A stretch of DNA of 64,000 bases, from NCBI GenBank assembly GCA_048571215.1, contig CP182352.1, positions 2,784,001 through 2,848,000 of the forward strand, given 5' to 3'. Of the stretch, positions 1-9,298 are shown one piece after another; positions within the stretch are counted from its first letter, which is position 1, and each line of letters starts with the position of its first letter. Below the pieces are notes generated by a model. The model had not been told where the DNA came from. It made no database searches and saw only the letters and a program-made list of their open reading frames with translations. This DNA is from Halarcobacter sp. Lineage in GTDB: Bacteria; Campylobacterota; Campylobacteria; Campylobacterales; Arcobacteraceae. Made by a program: the position numbers and the translations under genes.

Positions 1-626
1 ATGTAGAAACCTTTGCAAATATAGCTTCTATTATTAGAGAAGGTGGAGAATGGTTCAAAGCAATAGGCACAGATAAATCTCCAGGTACAAAAGTGTTTGC
101 CCTAACAGGACATATAAAAAACACTGGATTGGTAGAGGTTCCAATGGGTATTAGTCTAAGGGAGCTTATTTATGATATTGGTGGAGGACCAACGGAAGGC
201 AATAAAATAAAAGCTATTCAAACAGGTGGACCAAGTGGGGGATGTATCCCTGAACATTTACTTGATATTCCTGTAGATTATGACTCACTAAAAGAGATTG
301 GCTCTATTATGGGTAGTGGTGGATTAATTGTGATGGGTGAAGACTCCAATATGGTTGAAGTTGCAAGATTTTTTATGGACTTTTGTAAAAGTGAATCATG
401 TGGGAAATGTGTACCCTGTAGAGTTGGTACATCAGAGCTTACAAGTTTATTAGATAAATTCATAGCAAAAACAGCCACCCAAAGTGATTTTAATCTTTTA
501 AAAGATTTATCTTATGTGGTGAAAGATAGCAGTCTTTGTGGTTTAGGACAAACTGCGCCAAACCCAGTATTAAGTACTATAAAATATTTTGAGAATGAAT
601 ACCTAGAAGGGATTTGTAATGATTAA
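1..626 (+). CDS. hoxF: Bidirectional NAD-linked hydrogenase diaphorase subunit HoxF (NuoF-like), 5'-truncated by the window edge
   Basis: Frame is open from position 3 (VETFANI...GTKVFAL); GGPSGG and [10 protein letters not shown] 4Fe-4S motifs and SLCGLG; directly upstream of hoxU/Y/H. Confidence 0.9.
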   Translation, partial: VETFANIASIIREGGEWFKAIGTDKSPGTKVFALTGHIKNTGLVEVPMGISLRELIYDIGGGPTEGNKIKAIQTGGPSGGCIPEHLLDIPVDYDSLKEIGSIMGSGGLIVMGEDSNMVEVARFFMDFCKSESCGKCVPCRVGTSELTSLLDKFIAKTATQSDFNLLKDLSYVVKDSSLCGLGQTAPNPVLSTIKYFENEYLEGICND

Positions 627-1341
627 AGAAAAAGTTAGAGTAAAAACCTTTAAAATCAATGGTATTGATGTAACAGGAAAATCAGATTCATCAATCTTAG
701 AAGTTGCAAATGAACATGGCATAAAAATACCAACCCTATGTTACCTTGAAGGACTAAGTTGTGTAGGTGCATGTAGAATGTGCCTTATTGAAGTTAGTGG
801 AAGTAGTAAACTAATACCAGCATGTACTTCAAAAATCAAAGAAGGGATGGAGGTAATTACAAATTCACCAAGAATAGATTCCCATAGAAAAATGATTTTA
901 TCAATGATTTTTGCAGAAAGAACACACACTTGTAGTGTTTGTGTATCAAATGGAAATTGTGAACTTCAAAACCAAGCAATAGAACTAGGTCTTGAACATA
1001 GTCATGTTCCATATATCCATAAAAGATTTGAGCTTGATGCTTCCCATAAAGATTATATTTATGACCCAAATAGATGTATTTTATGTACTAGATGTGTTAG
1101 GGTTTGTGATGAAGTTGAAGGGGCTCATGCCTTAGATATCTTTGGAAGAGGAATTGATGCTAAGATAATTCATGATATGGATGAACCTTGGAGTGAAAGT
1201 CAAAGTTGTACTAGTTGTGGAAAATGTGTTCAAGTTTGTCCAACAGGAGCTCTTTTTGAAAAAGGGGTTAGTGCTACAGAGATGATTAAGAAAAAAACAA
1301 TAGTAACAAACTTAATTCAAGCAAGGAAAAACAATGGATAA
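619..1341 (+). CDS. hoxU: Bidirectional hydrogenase Fe-S subunit HoxU (NuoG N-terminal-like)
   Basis: IPTLC...GACRMC 2Fe-2S motif, HxCxxC-x5-C, CILCTRC and [12 protein letters not shown]; operon context. Confidence 0.9.
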   Translation: MIKEKVRVKTFKINGIDVTGKSDSSILEVANEHGIKIPTLCYLEGLSCVGACRMCLIEVSGSSKLIPACTSKIKEGMEVITNSPRIDSHRKMILSMIFAERTHTCSVCVSNGNCELQNQAIELGLEHSHVPYIHKRFELDASHKDYIYDPNRCILCTRCVRVCDEVEGAHALDIFGRGIDAKIIHDMDEPWSESQSCTSCGKCVQVCPTGALFEKGVSATEMIKKKTIVTNLIQARKNNG

Positions 1342-1870
1342 AATAAAAGTTGGAACAATTTGGCTTGATGGTTGTTCAGGATGCCATATGTCATTTTTAG
1401 ATATGGATGAAAGATTGATTGAGTTAGCCCAATATATGGATGTGGTTTACTCTCCCTATGTGGATGCAAAAGAGATACCTGAAGATGTTGATTTATTTAT
1501 AGTTGAGGGTGCATTAAGTACTGACCATGACATAAAAATCATAAAAAAAATAAGAAAGAATTCTAAAAAAATATTAGCTTTGGGAGATTGTGCTATTACT
1601 GGAAATATCTCTGCTATGAAAAATCTTGCAGGAACCGATGCAGTACTAGAAAAAGGATATTTTGATTTAGCAGATTTTAATAAAGGGAAATACCCAGATA
1701 AAATAGTACCAAAACTTCTTGATAAGGTTATCCCTTTAAATGAGGCTATTGATATAGATTATTTTGTTCCAGGATGCCCAACTCCAGCAGATGCAATTTA
1801 TGAAGTTATAAAAGGGATTGTTACAGGAGTTGAAGTTGATGTTAGTAAATATACAAGATTTGGATTATAA
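1334..1870 (+). CDS. hoxY: [NiFe]-hydrogenase small subunit HoxY
   Basis: WLDGCSGC, GDCA and PGCP motifs; single-cluster size of 178 aa. Confidence 0.9.
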   Translation: MDKIKVGTIWLDGCSGCHMSFLDMDERLIELAQYMDVVYSPYVDAKEIPEDVDLFIVEGALSTDHDIKIIKKIRKNSKKILALGDCAITGNISAMKNLAGTDAVLEKGYFDLADFNKGKYPDKIVPKLLDKVIPLNEAIDIDYFVPGCPTPADAIYEVIKGIVTGVEVDVSKYTRFGL

Positions 1871-1879
1871 GGAAAAAGC

Positions 1880-3310
1880 ATGAGTAAACAAACAATTGTA
1901 ATAGAACCAGTTACTAGAATAGAGGGTCATGCTAAAATCACTATAGATTTAGATGAAAACAAAAAAGTAGAAGATGCAAGAATCCATGTAACCCAATATA
2001 GAGGTTTTGAAAAAATGTGTGAAGGGCGACCTTATACAGAGATGCCCGCATTGACTGCTAGAACTTGTGGTATTTGTCCAGTAAGTCATGAGATATCTTC
2101 ATCAAAAGCTTGTGATGGTCTATTAGCAGTTCGTCCACCAAAAGCAGCTAGAAATCTAAGAAGAATAATAAATTTAGCTCAAATAACCCAATCCCATGCT
2201 TTAAACTTTTTTCATTTAAGTAGTCCTGATTTTCTATATGGATTTGATGCAAAACCAGAAGATAGAAATATTTTCAAGATGATGAAAGATTATCCCGAAC
2301 TTGCAAAAAATGGGATAGCTCTTAGAGCCTTTGGACAAAAGATTATTGAAACCCTAGGGGGAAAAAGAATCCACCCAACATGGATAGTTCCAGGGGGAGT
2401 TAGTCATGCAATTACAAGTGAAACAAAAGATGAAATCTTGGCACAAATTCCACAAGCAATGGATATTGCAAAACAAGCCCTAAAACTATTTACAAACTCC
2501 CTACATAAATTTGAAAAAGAGATAAAATCATTTGCAAATTTTGAGTCACTTTTTATGGGATTAGTGAACAAAAGTGGAAATCTTGAGCACTACGATGGAC
2601 TACTAAGATTTGTGGATGCCCAAGGAAATATTTTAGAAGATAAGATTGATCCCAAAGATTATAAAGAATATATTGGGGAAGCCGTAGAAGAGGATAGTTA
2701 TTTAAAATCACCATATTATAAACCTCTTGGTTACCCAAAAGGGATGTATAGAGTTGGACCTTTAGCTAGATTGAATATTGTTGATGGATGTGGAACAAGC
2801 TTAGCAGATGAAGAGTTTGAAAGATTCAAAAACCTAAACAATGGAAAACCTGTATTAAATTCATTTTATTATCATTATGCAAGACTTATTGAAATAATTT
2901 ATTGTATAGAAAGAATAGAAGAGCTTTTAAAAGAGCCAGAAACTTTAGATACAAATATAAGAGCCCATGCCCAAATAAATAGAAGTAGAGCTGTAGGGTG
3001 TTCAGAAGCTCCAAGGGGTACTTTATTTCATGATTATGAGGTTTCAAATAGTGGTATAATTACAGGTGTTAACCTAATCATTGCAACAGGAAATAATAAC
3101 CTAGCTATGAATGCAGGTGTAAAACAAGTTGCCCAAAGCTTTGTAGATGGAAATGATATAAAAGATGGAGCATTAAATAGAGTTGAAGCTGTTATTAGAT
3201 GTTTTGACCCATGCTTAAGTTGTTCAACCCATGCTTTAGGTATAGTTTCATCAAATATTGAGATAAGAGATCACAATAAAAATATAATTGATACTATAAA
3301 AAGGAGTTAA
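1880..3310 (+). CDS. hoxH: [NiFe]-hydrogenase large subunit HoxH (group 3d-like)
   Basis: EPVTRIEGH, L1 RTCGIC, L2 DPCLSCSTH followed by a cleavable C-terminal extension. Confidence 0.93.
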   Translation: MSKQTIVIEPVTRIEGHAKITIDLDENKKVEDARIHVTQYRGFEKMCEGRPYTEMPALTARTCGICPVSHEISSSKACDGLLAVRPPKAARNLRRIINLAQITQSHALNFFHLSSPDFLYGFDAKPEDRNIFKMMKDYPELAKNGIALRAFGQKIIETLGGKRIHPTWIVPGGVSHAITSETKDEILAQIPQAMDIAKQALKLFTNSLHKFEKEIKSFANFESLFMGLVNKSGNLEHYDGLLRFVDAQGNILEDKIDPKDYKEYIGEAVEEDSYLKSPYYKPLGYPKGMYRVGPLARLNIVDGCGTSLADEEFERFKNLNNGKPVLNSFYYHYARLIEIIYCIERIEELLKEPETLDTNIRAHAQINRSRAVGCSEAPRGTLFHDYEVSNSGIITGVNLIIATGNNNLAMNAGVKQVAQSFVDGNDIKDGALNRVEAVIRCFDPCLSCSTHALGIVSSNIEIRDHNKNIIDTIKRS

Positions 3311-3311
3311 T

Positions 3312-3743
3312 ATAACTTACATAATTGCTTATGGAAATGAATTAAGAGGGGAAGATGGTTTTGGAGTTGAAGTTATAAAACAACTTCAAAAAACCTCACT
3401 AGCTAATACAAAACTACTATGCCTACTTCAATTAACTCCAGAGCTTTGTTTACAACTACAAGATGCCACAAAAATCATCTTTGTTGATGCAACATATTCA
3501 GAACAAAATCCATATGCCTTAGCTTGTAGTTTAGAAAAATCTGTAAATAGTAATATAACTCACCATATAAGTGTTTTTACTATTATAGAGATTTTAAAAA
3601 ATCTCTATGGAAAAAATCCAGACTTTGAAATATTTTCAATCTTAACTAAGAATTTTGATTCAATAATAAATAATGCTTACTATACCAATTGTATAAATGA
3701 AACTTCTAAACAAATAATTTTATCTATTCAAAAATATAATTAA
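3312..3743 (+). CDS. hoxW: Hydrogenase maturation endopeptidase HoxW (not in the ORF track; apparent ATA start)
   Basis: Manual translation: ITYIIAYGNELRGEDGFG...QLTPEL...IFVDA...THH, stop TAA 3741-3743. SD AAGGAG at 3301-3306; in-frame stop at 3297. Confidence 0.8.
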   Translation: MTYIIAYGNELRGEDGFGVEVIKQLQKTSLANTKLLCLLQLTPELCLQLQDATKIIFVDATYSEQNPYALACSLEKSVNSNITHHISVFTIIEILKNLYGKNPDFEIFSILTKNFDSIINNAYYTNCINETSKQIILSIQKYN

Positions 3744-3754
3744 TCCATTATAAG

Positions 3755-3766
3755 TTGTCTATACAA
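3755..3766. promoter_or_regulatory. Putative PhnF (GntR/HutC-type) operator TTGTCTATACAA
   Basis: Near-palindrome with the HutC-subfamily GT-N-TA-N-AC core, upstream of phnF. Confidence 0.6.
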
Positions 3767-3769
3767 GTT

Positions 3770-3801
3770 GTAATTTTCTTGTAACTAACTACTCTTATAC
3801 T
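3770..3801 (+). promoter_or_regulatory. Putative Pho box plus -10 (GTAAT-N6-GTAAC-N10-TATACT) of the phn operon
   Basis: Same motif and spacing as upstream of pstS at 63326-63357. Confidence 0.65.
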
Positions 3802-3830
3802 TTCACCATAAAATTTGGAGAAGTTAAAAG

Positions 3831-4547
3831 ATGTCTAAAGTATTTGATTATGAATTAATCTACAATTATATATTAAAGCTAATCGAAACACAGCTACAAG
3901 AACATGAAAGAATACCCTCTGAGCATACACTAAGTAGAGATTTCAATCTTTCAAGAATGACTGTTAGACAAGGTATAAATAAACTTAAAAATGAGGGATA
4001 TTTATATTCACGAAAAGGTAGTGGAAATTTTGTAAATCCAAATAAGATTATATACAATATTTCATCATATACAACCTTTACAAAAGAGATTTTAAAATCA
4101 AAAAAGACCCCTTCTATAAAACTATTAGAATCAAAGCTAATAAAAGCTGATGAATTTATTGCCAAGAAATTAAATATTAGAGAATCAGAACAAGTTTTAT
4201 ATGTAAAAAACATGAGATTTGTTGATAATGTGCCATTTTTATTTGCTGAGTATTATATGAATCTTTTAATCTTAAAAGATGTGGAAAATCTAATTGAAAC
4301 TACACAATCCTTTTCAAAACTTTATACAGATATTTATAATCTAAGTCCTATAAGAGATAGCTCTGAAATAGATATCACCTCAACAAATTACGAATCAAAA
4401 AAACTATTCAAAGTGCAAAATGATTTACCAATTATAAAAATATCTACAAGAACAATTGATAAAAATACAAAAAATGCAATCGATTATTGTTACTCATATT
4501 TTAGAAGTGATATGGCAAAAATTGTAGTTAATTACAAGGAAAAATAA
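3831..4547 (+). CDS. phnF: GntR/HutC-family phosphonate regulator PhnF
   Basis: wHTH motif PSEHTLSRDFNLSRMTVRQ plus C-terminal UTRA-like domain; first gene of the phn cluster. Confidence 0.8.
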   Translation: MSKVFDYELIYNYILKLIETQLQEHERIPSEHTLSRDFNLSRMTVRQGINKLKNEGYLYSRKGSGNFVNPNKIIYNISSYTTFTKEILKSKKTPSIKLLESKLIKADEFIAKKLNIRESEQVLYVKNMRFVDNVPFLFAEYYMNLLILKDVENLIETTQSFSKLYTDIYNLSPIRDSSEIDITSTNYESKKLFKVQNDLPIIKISTRTIDKNTKNAIDYCYSYFRSDMAKIVVNYKEK

Positions 4548-5305
4548 TGATAAAAATGAAGAAACTAACCTTAGGCTATAAAAAAGAAAAAATTCTAAAA
4601 AATATAAATTTAAATATAAGCTCTGGTGAATTTGTAAGTATTATTGGACCATCTGGTGCAGGAAAATCAACTCTTTTAATGTCTATAGTTGGTGGAATAA
4701 AAGTGTTTGATGGAGATTTTGAAGTTCTTAGTTTCAATATGGAAAATATCAAAAAGAAAAATCTTGTAAACCTAAGAGAACAAATAGGAATTATCTTTCA
4801 AGGGTATAACTTAGTTGATAGGTTAACAGTTCTTGATAATGTAGTTAGTGGGATGTTAAAAGATATTCCAATGGCAAGGGCAATAATCAAATATTATAAA
4901 GATAAAGAGTTAAAAAAAGTAAATGAACTTATGAAAATAGTTGATATTCAAAAATACTCTTCTAAAAGATGTGATGAACTAAGTGGAGGTCAAAGACAAA
5001 GGGTTGCAATAGCAAGGGCATTAGCAAGTGAACCTAAAATAATACTAGCAGATGAACCAATTTCAGCTTTGGATCAAAAAAGTGCAAAAAAAGTTATGAA
5101 GATTTTAGAAAAAGTAAATAAAGAGTTAAATGTAACCATTGTAGCAAATCTTCACCACCTTGATATTGCACAAAAATATTGCTCAAGAATAATAGGTGTA
5201 AATAATGGGAAAATTGTATTTGATGGAAAAGCAGAAGATTTAAGTGAAGAGATTATTGAAAAAATTTATGAAGGGGAAAATAATAAAGAAGAAGAGGAGG
5301 AGTAG
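4547..5305 (+). CDS. phnC: Phosphonate ABC transporter ATPase
   Basis: GPSGAGKST, LSGGQRQR, ADEPISALD, NLHH. Confidence 0.9.
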   Translation: MIKMKKLTLGYKKEKILKNINLNISSGEFVSIIGPSGAGKSTLLMSIVGGIKVFDGDFEVLSFNMENIKKKNLVNLREQIGIIFQGYNLVDRLTVLDNVVSGMLKDIPMARAIIKYYKDKELKKVNELMKIVDIQKYSSKRCDELSGGQRQRVAIARALASEPKIILADEPISALDQKSAKKVMKILEKVNKELNVTIVANLHHLDIAQKYCSRIIGVNNGKIVFDGKAEDLSEEIIEKIYEGENNKEEEEE

Positions 5306-5434
5306 ATTTTAGAGTAACTTTTACTTGAATATTTAATTCAAATAGTGAAGCAAGAGTTATCTTGTATCTTATCTAGTCTTTAGGTGAATCATTTTTGATG
5401 ATTGAACAAATTTAATATAAAAGGAACATATATT

Positions 5435-6310
5435 ATGAGAAGAGATTTTTTCAAAAAAGTTGGTCTTGCAGCACTAGCATTAACATTAGGGGCACAAACT
5501 TTAAGTGCAAACCCACAAGATTGGCCAAAAGAGGTTAATTTTGGTGTAATTCCAGTTGCTGGAACTTCAAGTGTAAAAGACACTTTTGGTGCACTTGCAA
5601 AATATTTAGAAAAAACTTTAGGTGTAAAAGTAAACTTACAATCAGCAGGGGACTATGCAGGTGTTATTACTGCTATGCAACACAAACATGTAGATATTGC
5701 ATATTTTGGACCAAAATCTTATGTTGAAGCTGCAAAAAGAGCTGGGGCTGAGGCAGTTGCTACTGAAGTAGATGCAGAGTCTGGACTTCCTGGTTATAAG
5801 GGAATCATAATCTCAAAAAAAGAAAGTGGTCTTAAAACCTTAGAAGATATAAAAGGTAAGAAATGGGCGTTTACTGATTCTAACTCAACTTCTGGAACTT
5901 TAGTACCAACTGTAATGTTTTCTAAAAAAGGGATAGACCCACAAAAATACTTCTCAAAAGTTCTTTATTCAGGTGGTCATGAAGCTTCAATTCTTTCAGT
6001 AAAAGCAGGAAAAGTTGACGCAGCTTCTACAAATAATCTTGATTTTAACAGAGGTCTTGGAAAACACTGGGAAAAAGATGATTTTAATATTATCTGGACT
6101 TCTGATTTAATTCCTGGTTCTCCTATGACAGTAAGAGGTGATCTTCCAACTTCATTTAAAATGGCTGTAAAAGGTGCTTTCCTTTCTTTAAAAGATAAAG
6201 ATATCTTAGCAAAAATGAAAATCAATGGTTATGTTGCAGGTGATGATTCTTTTTACAATCCAGTAAGAGAATTAATCGAATTAAAAAAAGCACTAAAAAA
6301 CAAAAAATAA
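5435..6310 (+). CDS. phnD: Phosphonate ABC transporter substrate-binding protein (likely start ATG 5435)
   Basis: DYAGVITAM, STSGTLVP and GGHEAS motifs; SD AAGGA at 5421; signal peptide. Confidence 0.9.
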   Translation: MRRDFFKKVGLAALALTLGAQTLSANPQDWPKEVNFGVIPVAGTSSVKDTFGALAKYLEKTLGVKVNLQSAGDYAGVITAMQHKHVDIAYFGPKSYVEAAKRAGAEAVATEVDAESGLPGYKGIIISKKESGLKTLEDIKGKKWAFTDSNSTSGTLVPTVMFSKKGIDPQKYFSKVLYSGGHEASILSVKAGKVDAASTNNLDFNRGLGKHWEKDDFNIIWTSDLIPGSPMTVRGDLPTSFKMAVKGAFLSLKDKDILAKMKINGYVAGDDSFYNPVRELIELKKALKNKK

Positions 6311-6334
6311 TTACAATTTTTAGTTAAATTTGAA

Positions 6335-6358
6335 AAGCAAGGGCTTTGCCCTTTGCTT
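6335..6358 (+). terminator. Intercistronic hairpin after phnD
   Basis: AAGCAAGGGC-TTT-GCCCTTTGCTT inverted repeat. Confidence 0.55.
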
Positions 6359-6432
6359 AGTTTAATATTTGATACTTTTAAAAAAGCTAATAGTTATCTA
6401 TTGTTTTTTTAAATGTAATTAGGAGATATATT

Positions 6433-7290
6433 ATGTCAATAGAAAATTTAAAAAAAGAATCAAGCCCTTTTAAGCTTTTTAATTTTGTTTTAATAGCTAT
6501 ATTTATTTATATTATTAGTAAAAGCTGGGTTGATACAGAGATGAGTTTTACAGGGCTTATAAATGGTTGGCAAGATATGGTTTCATATATAAAAGGAAAC
6601 CCAGAGATAGAGGGTAGTTCATATTTCCCACCTATTTTAAATAAAAGTGATTTATACACATATTTTTGGGCTATGTTGGAAACTGTCCAAATGGCGGTTA
6701 TTGCCTTACTTTTATCAATAATCATAGCAATTCCCTTATCATATATCACCTCAAGAAATATCTTGGAGATTTTGGTTCCGGGGAAAACCTTATTGCATAC
6801 TTCAATTAGAAAAGCTCTTTATATGTTTGGAACCACCTTAGCTAATATCTTTAGGTCCGTAAATGAGCTTGTTTGGGCTTTAATATTTGTTAGTGCAGTT
6901 GGACTTGGACCAATGGCTGGTATTTTAGCACTTGGAATTCATACAGCAGGGGTTCTTAGTAAATTACTAAGTGAAGGGAATGAAGCCATAGACCCAGGAC
7001 CAGTTGAAGCTTTGACAAACAGTGGGGCAGGTTTTATAAAAGTATTAGCCTATGCAGTTGTTCCTCAAACAATGCCTCACTTTATCTCTATGACACTATA
7101 TAGATTTGAAAGTGATGTAAGAAGTGCTTCAATTTTAGGTTTTGTTGGGGCTGGTGGGATAGGATTTTATCTATTTGATAAATTAAGAGGATTTGAAAAT
7201 GGTCATGTGTGTACTATCTTAATCTTTATTATCATAACTGTTTGGTTACTTGACAAATTAAGTGCAACTATTAGAAAAAGGTTTATATAA
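6433..7290 (+). CDS. phnE: Phosphonate ABC transporter permease
   Basis: VGLGPMAGILAL, YRFESDVRSASILGFVGAGGIG. Confidence 0.92.
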   Translation: MSIENLKKESSPFKLFNFVLIAIFIYIISKSWVDTEMSFTGLINGWQDMVSYIKGNPEIEGSSYFPPILNKSDLYTYFWAMLETVQMAVIALLLSIIIAIPLSYITSRNILEILVPGKTLLHTSIRKALYMFGTTLANIFRSVNELVWALIFVSAVGLGPMAGILALGIHTAGVLSKLLSEGNEAIDPGPVEALTNSGAGFIKVLAYAVVPQTMPHFISMTLYRFESDVRSASILGFVGAGGIGFYLFDKLRGFENGHVCTILIFIIITVWLLDKLSATIRKRFI

Positions 7291-7704
7291 ATGAAAAGAG
7301 AAGAATTAAATTATATTCTCCAAGAAGCGAAACTAGAAGATATTAAATATCTTCATAAAAAAATTGATAAAAAATATAAAGTAGTGGTTATAAACAAACC
7401 CACAAGTCAAACTCTACTTGTACCTGTTAAAGACCCTATAAGTGAAGGTAGTTTTTATGCGGGAGAAGCACTGGTCACCTCAACAATTGTAGAAGTAAAT
7501 AAGCAAAAAGGTTGGTCGATGGTATTAGATGATAATGAAAAACTATCTTTATACATTGCAACTATTGATGCTGTTTTTGATTCAAAAGAGTTTAAGAATG
7601 AAATTGAAGAGATATATAAACAAACAACTATAAAACTTGATAAAAAAAGAAAACAATTAAATCAAAAAATAAACTCAACTAGAGTTAACTTTGATTTGAT
7701 GTAA
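7291..7704 (+). CDS. phnG: C-P lyase system protein PhnG
   Basis: FYAGEALVT motif and C-terminal TRVNF; position in operon. Confidence 0.82.
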   Translation: MKREELNYILQEAKLEDIKYLHKKIDKKYKVVVINKPTSQTLLVPVKDPISEGSFYAGEALVTSTIVEVNKQKGWSMVLDDNEKLSLYIATIDAVFDSKEFKNEIEEIYKQTTIKLDKKRKQLNQKINSTRVNFDLM

Positions 7705-7712
7705 GGAAAAAA

Positions 7713-8249
7713 ATGGACAAAATAGATATAGAACAATATAATAGAGAAAATTTTAGAACACTTTTAGATTCACTTTCAATGCCAGGTAAAACTACCAAGC
7801 TAAATAAAGTATTTGATTCTTATACCTTATCTCTAGCAAGTGTATTATTGTATTCAGAAGTTAGTTATTTAAATACTACCGATGAAGACTTTTCAATAAT
7901 TGATGCCATAACAAATCCTAAAAAAGATAACACACAAAATGCAGATTATATTTTTTGTAATAATTTAAACTCCCTATTACAAAAAGTAAAAAAAGGAACA
8001 TATCTTAGCCCTGAACACTCTGCAACTATAATTTGTAGTGTTGATAGTTTTGATGGCATAACTTTAAATCTAAAGGGTCCTGGAATAGATGTGCAAAAAA
8101 AACAGACTTATCCTGTAAATAAAGACTTTGTAAAAAGTTTTAATGAAAACAATAAAGAGTTTCCCCTTGGCAATGAGATAGTTTTTATCAACAAACAAAG
8201 TGGTGAATTAAAATCACTTTGTAGAACAACTAAATTGGAGCTAATATAA
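7713..8249 (+). CDS. phnH: C-P lyase system protein PhnH
   Basis: FRTLLDSLSMPG, GTYLSPEHSAT, LKGPGI, FPLG motifs. Confidence 0.88.
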   Translation: MDKIDIEQYNRENFRTLLDSLSMPGKTTKLNKVFDSYTLSLASVLLYSEVSYLNTTDEDFSIIDAITNPKKDNTQNADYIFCNNLNSLLQKVKKGTYLSPEHSATIICSVDSFDGITLNLKGPGIDVQKKQTYPVNKDFVKSFNENNKEFPLGNEIVFINKQSGELKSLCRTTKLELI

Positions 8250-9298
8250 TGGGTTATGTTGCAATAAAAGGTGGTGAAGAAGCTATTGATAACTCTTTAA
8301 ATTTTTATAAAGACTCAATTAAAAAAAATAAAAAAATTGAAGATGAAGATATTCAAGAAGGTTTAAGATTTGCAGTTGATAAGGTGATTAGTGAAGGGTC
8401 ATTATATAGTAAAAAACTAGCTTCCATAGCTATAAAAAGAAGTGCAGGAGACTTGCTAAATGCTGCATTTTTTCTAAGGGCTCATAGAAGTACCTGTCAA
8501 AGAATAGGAGTAGCTAAAACTATTGATGTGGATAAGATGAAACTAATTAGAAGAATCTCTTCTGCTTTTAAAGATATCCAAGGGGGACAAATCTTAGGTC
8601 CATCAAATGATTATGAAGTAAAACTTATCTTGAATCAGCAAACAAGAGATACTCATTGGGAAAAATTTGATCAAAAAGATTGTATTTTGCCTAGTGCCTT
8701 AACACCACTAAGAAAAAATAGATTAGTAAAAACTTTAAAAGCAGATCAAAATATATCAGATATAACAAGACTTTTTCCAGAACCTCCCTATACAAGAAGT
8801 GCTGTGTTGCAAGTTTTGAGTAGAGGTGAGTCTGGAAGTATGTTAGGTTTTGCTTATACTTCAATTAGAGGTTATGGGGATGTTCACCCTACAATAGCAG
8901 ATTTAAGACTTGGAACTTGTGATTTGAACTTCACCCATCCATTTACACAAAATGAGGTAAAAATAGGAGAGTTAGAACTAAGTTCATGTGAAAGTGCAGG
9001 TACTTTTGAAAAAGATGAAAACAATGAAGTGAAACTAACAACAGGTTTTGGTTTTTGTTTTGGCTTTAATGAAACAAAAGCTATTAGTATGAGTATTTTA
9101 GATTTATCTTTATACAACACAAAATTTAGTGTGGGTGAAAAAGAGTTTGCAAGTGATTTTGAGATGATGGTTCATCATGTGGATGGAGTTGATTCTATGG
9201 GCTTTACAAACCACTTTAAACTACCACACTATGTGACTTTCCAATCTGATTTACAAATACTATCACGTGCTAATAAATTTGTAAAGGATAAAAAATGA
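8249..9298 (+). CDS. phnI: C-P lyase complex subunit PhnI
   Basis: YVAIKGGEEAI, RRISSAFKDIQGGQILG, HFKLPHYVTFQS. Confidence 0.95.
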   Translation: MGYVAIKGGEEAIDNSLNFYKDSIKKNKKIEDEDIQEGLRFAVDKVISEGSLYSKKLASIAIKRSAGDLLNAAFFLRAHRSTCQRIGVAKTIDVDKMKLIRRISSAFKDIQGGQILGPSNDYEVKLILNQQTRDTHWEKFDQKDCILPSALTPLRKNRLVKTLKADQNISDITRLFPEPPYTRSAVLQVLSRGESGSMLGFAYTSIRGYGDVHPTIADLRLGTCDLNFTHPFTQNEVKIGELELSSCESAGTFEKDENNEVKLTTGFGFCFGFNETKAISMSILDLSLYNTKFSVGEKEFASDFEMMVHHVDGVDSMGFTNHFKLPHYVTFQSDLQILSRANKFVKDKK

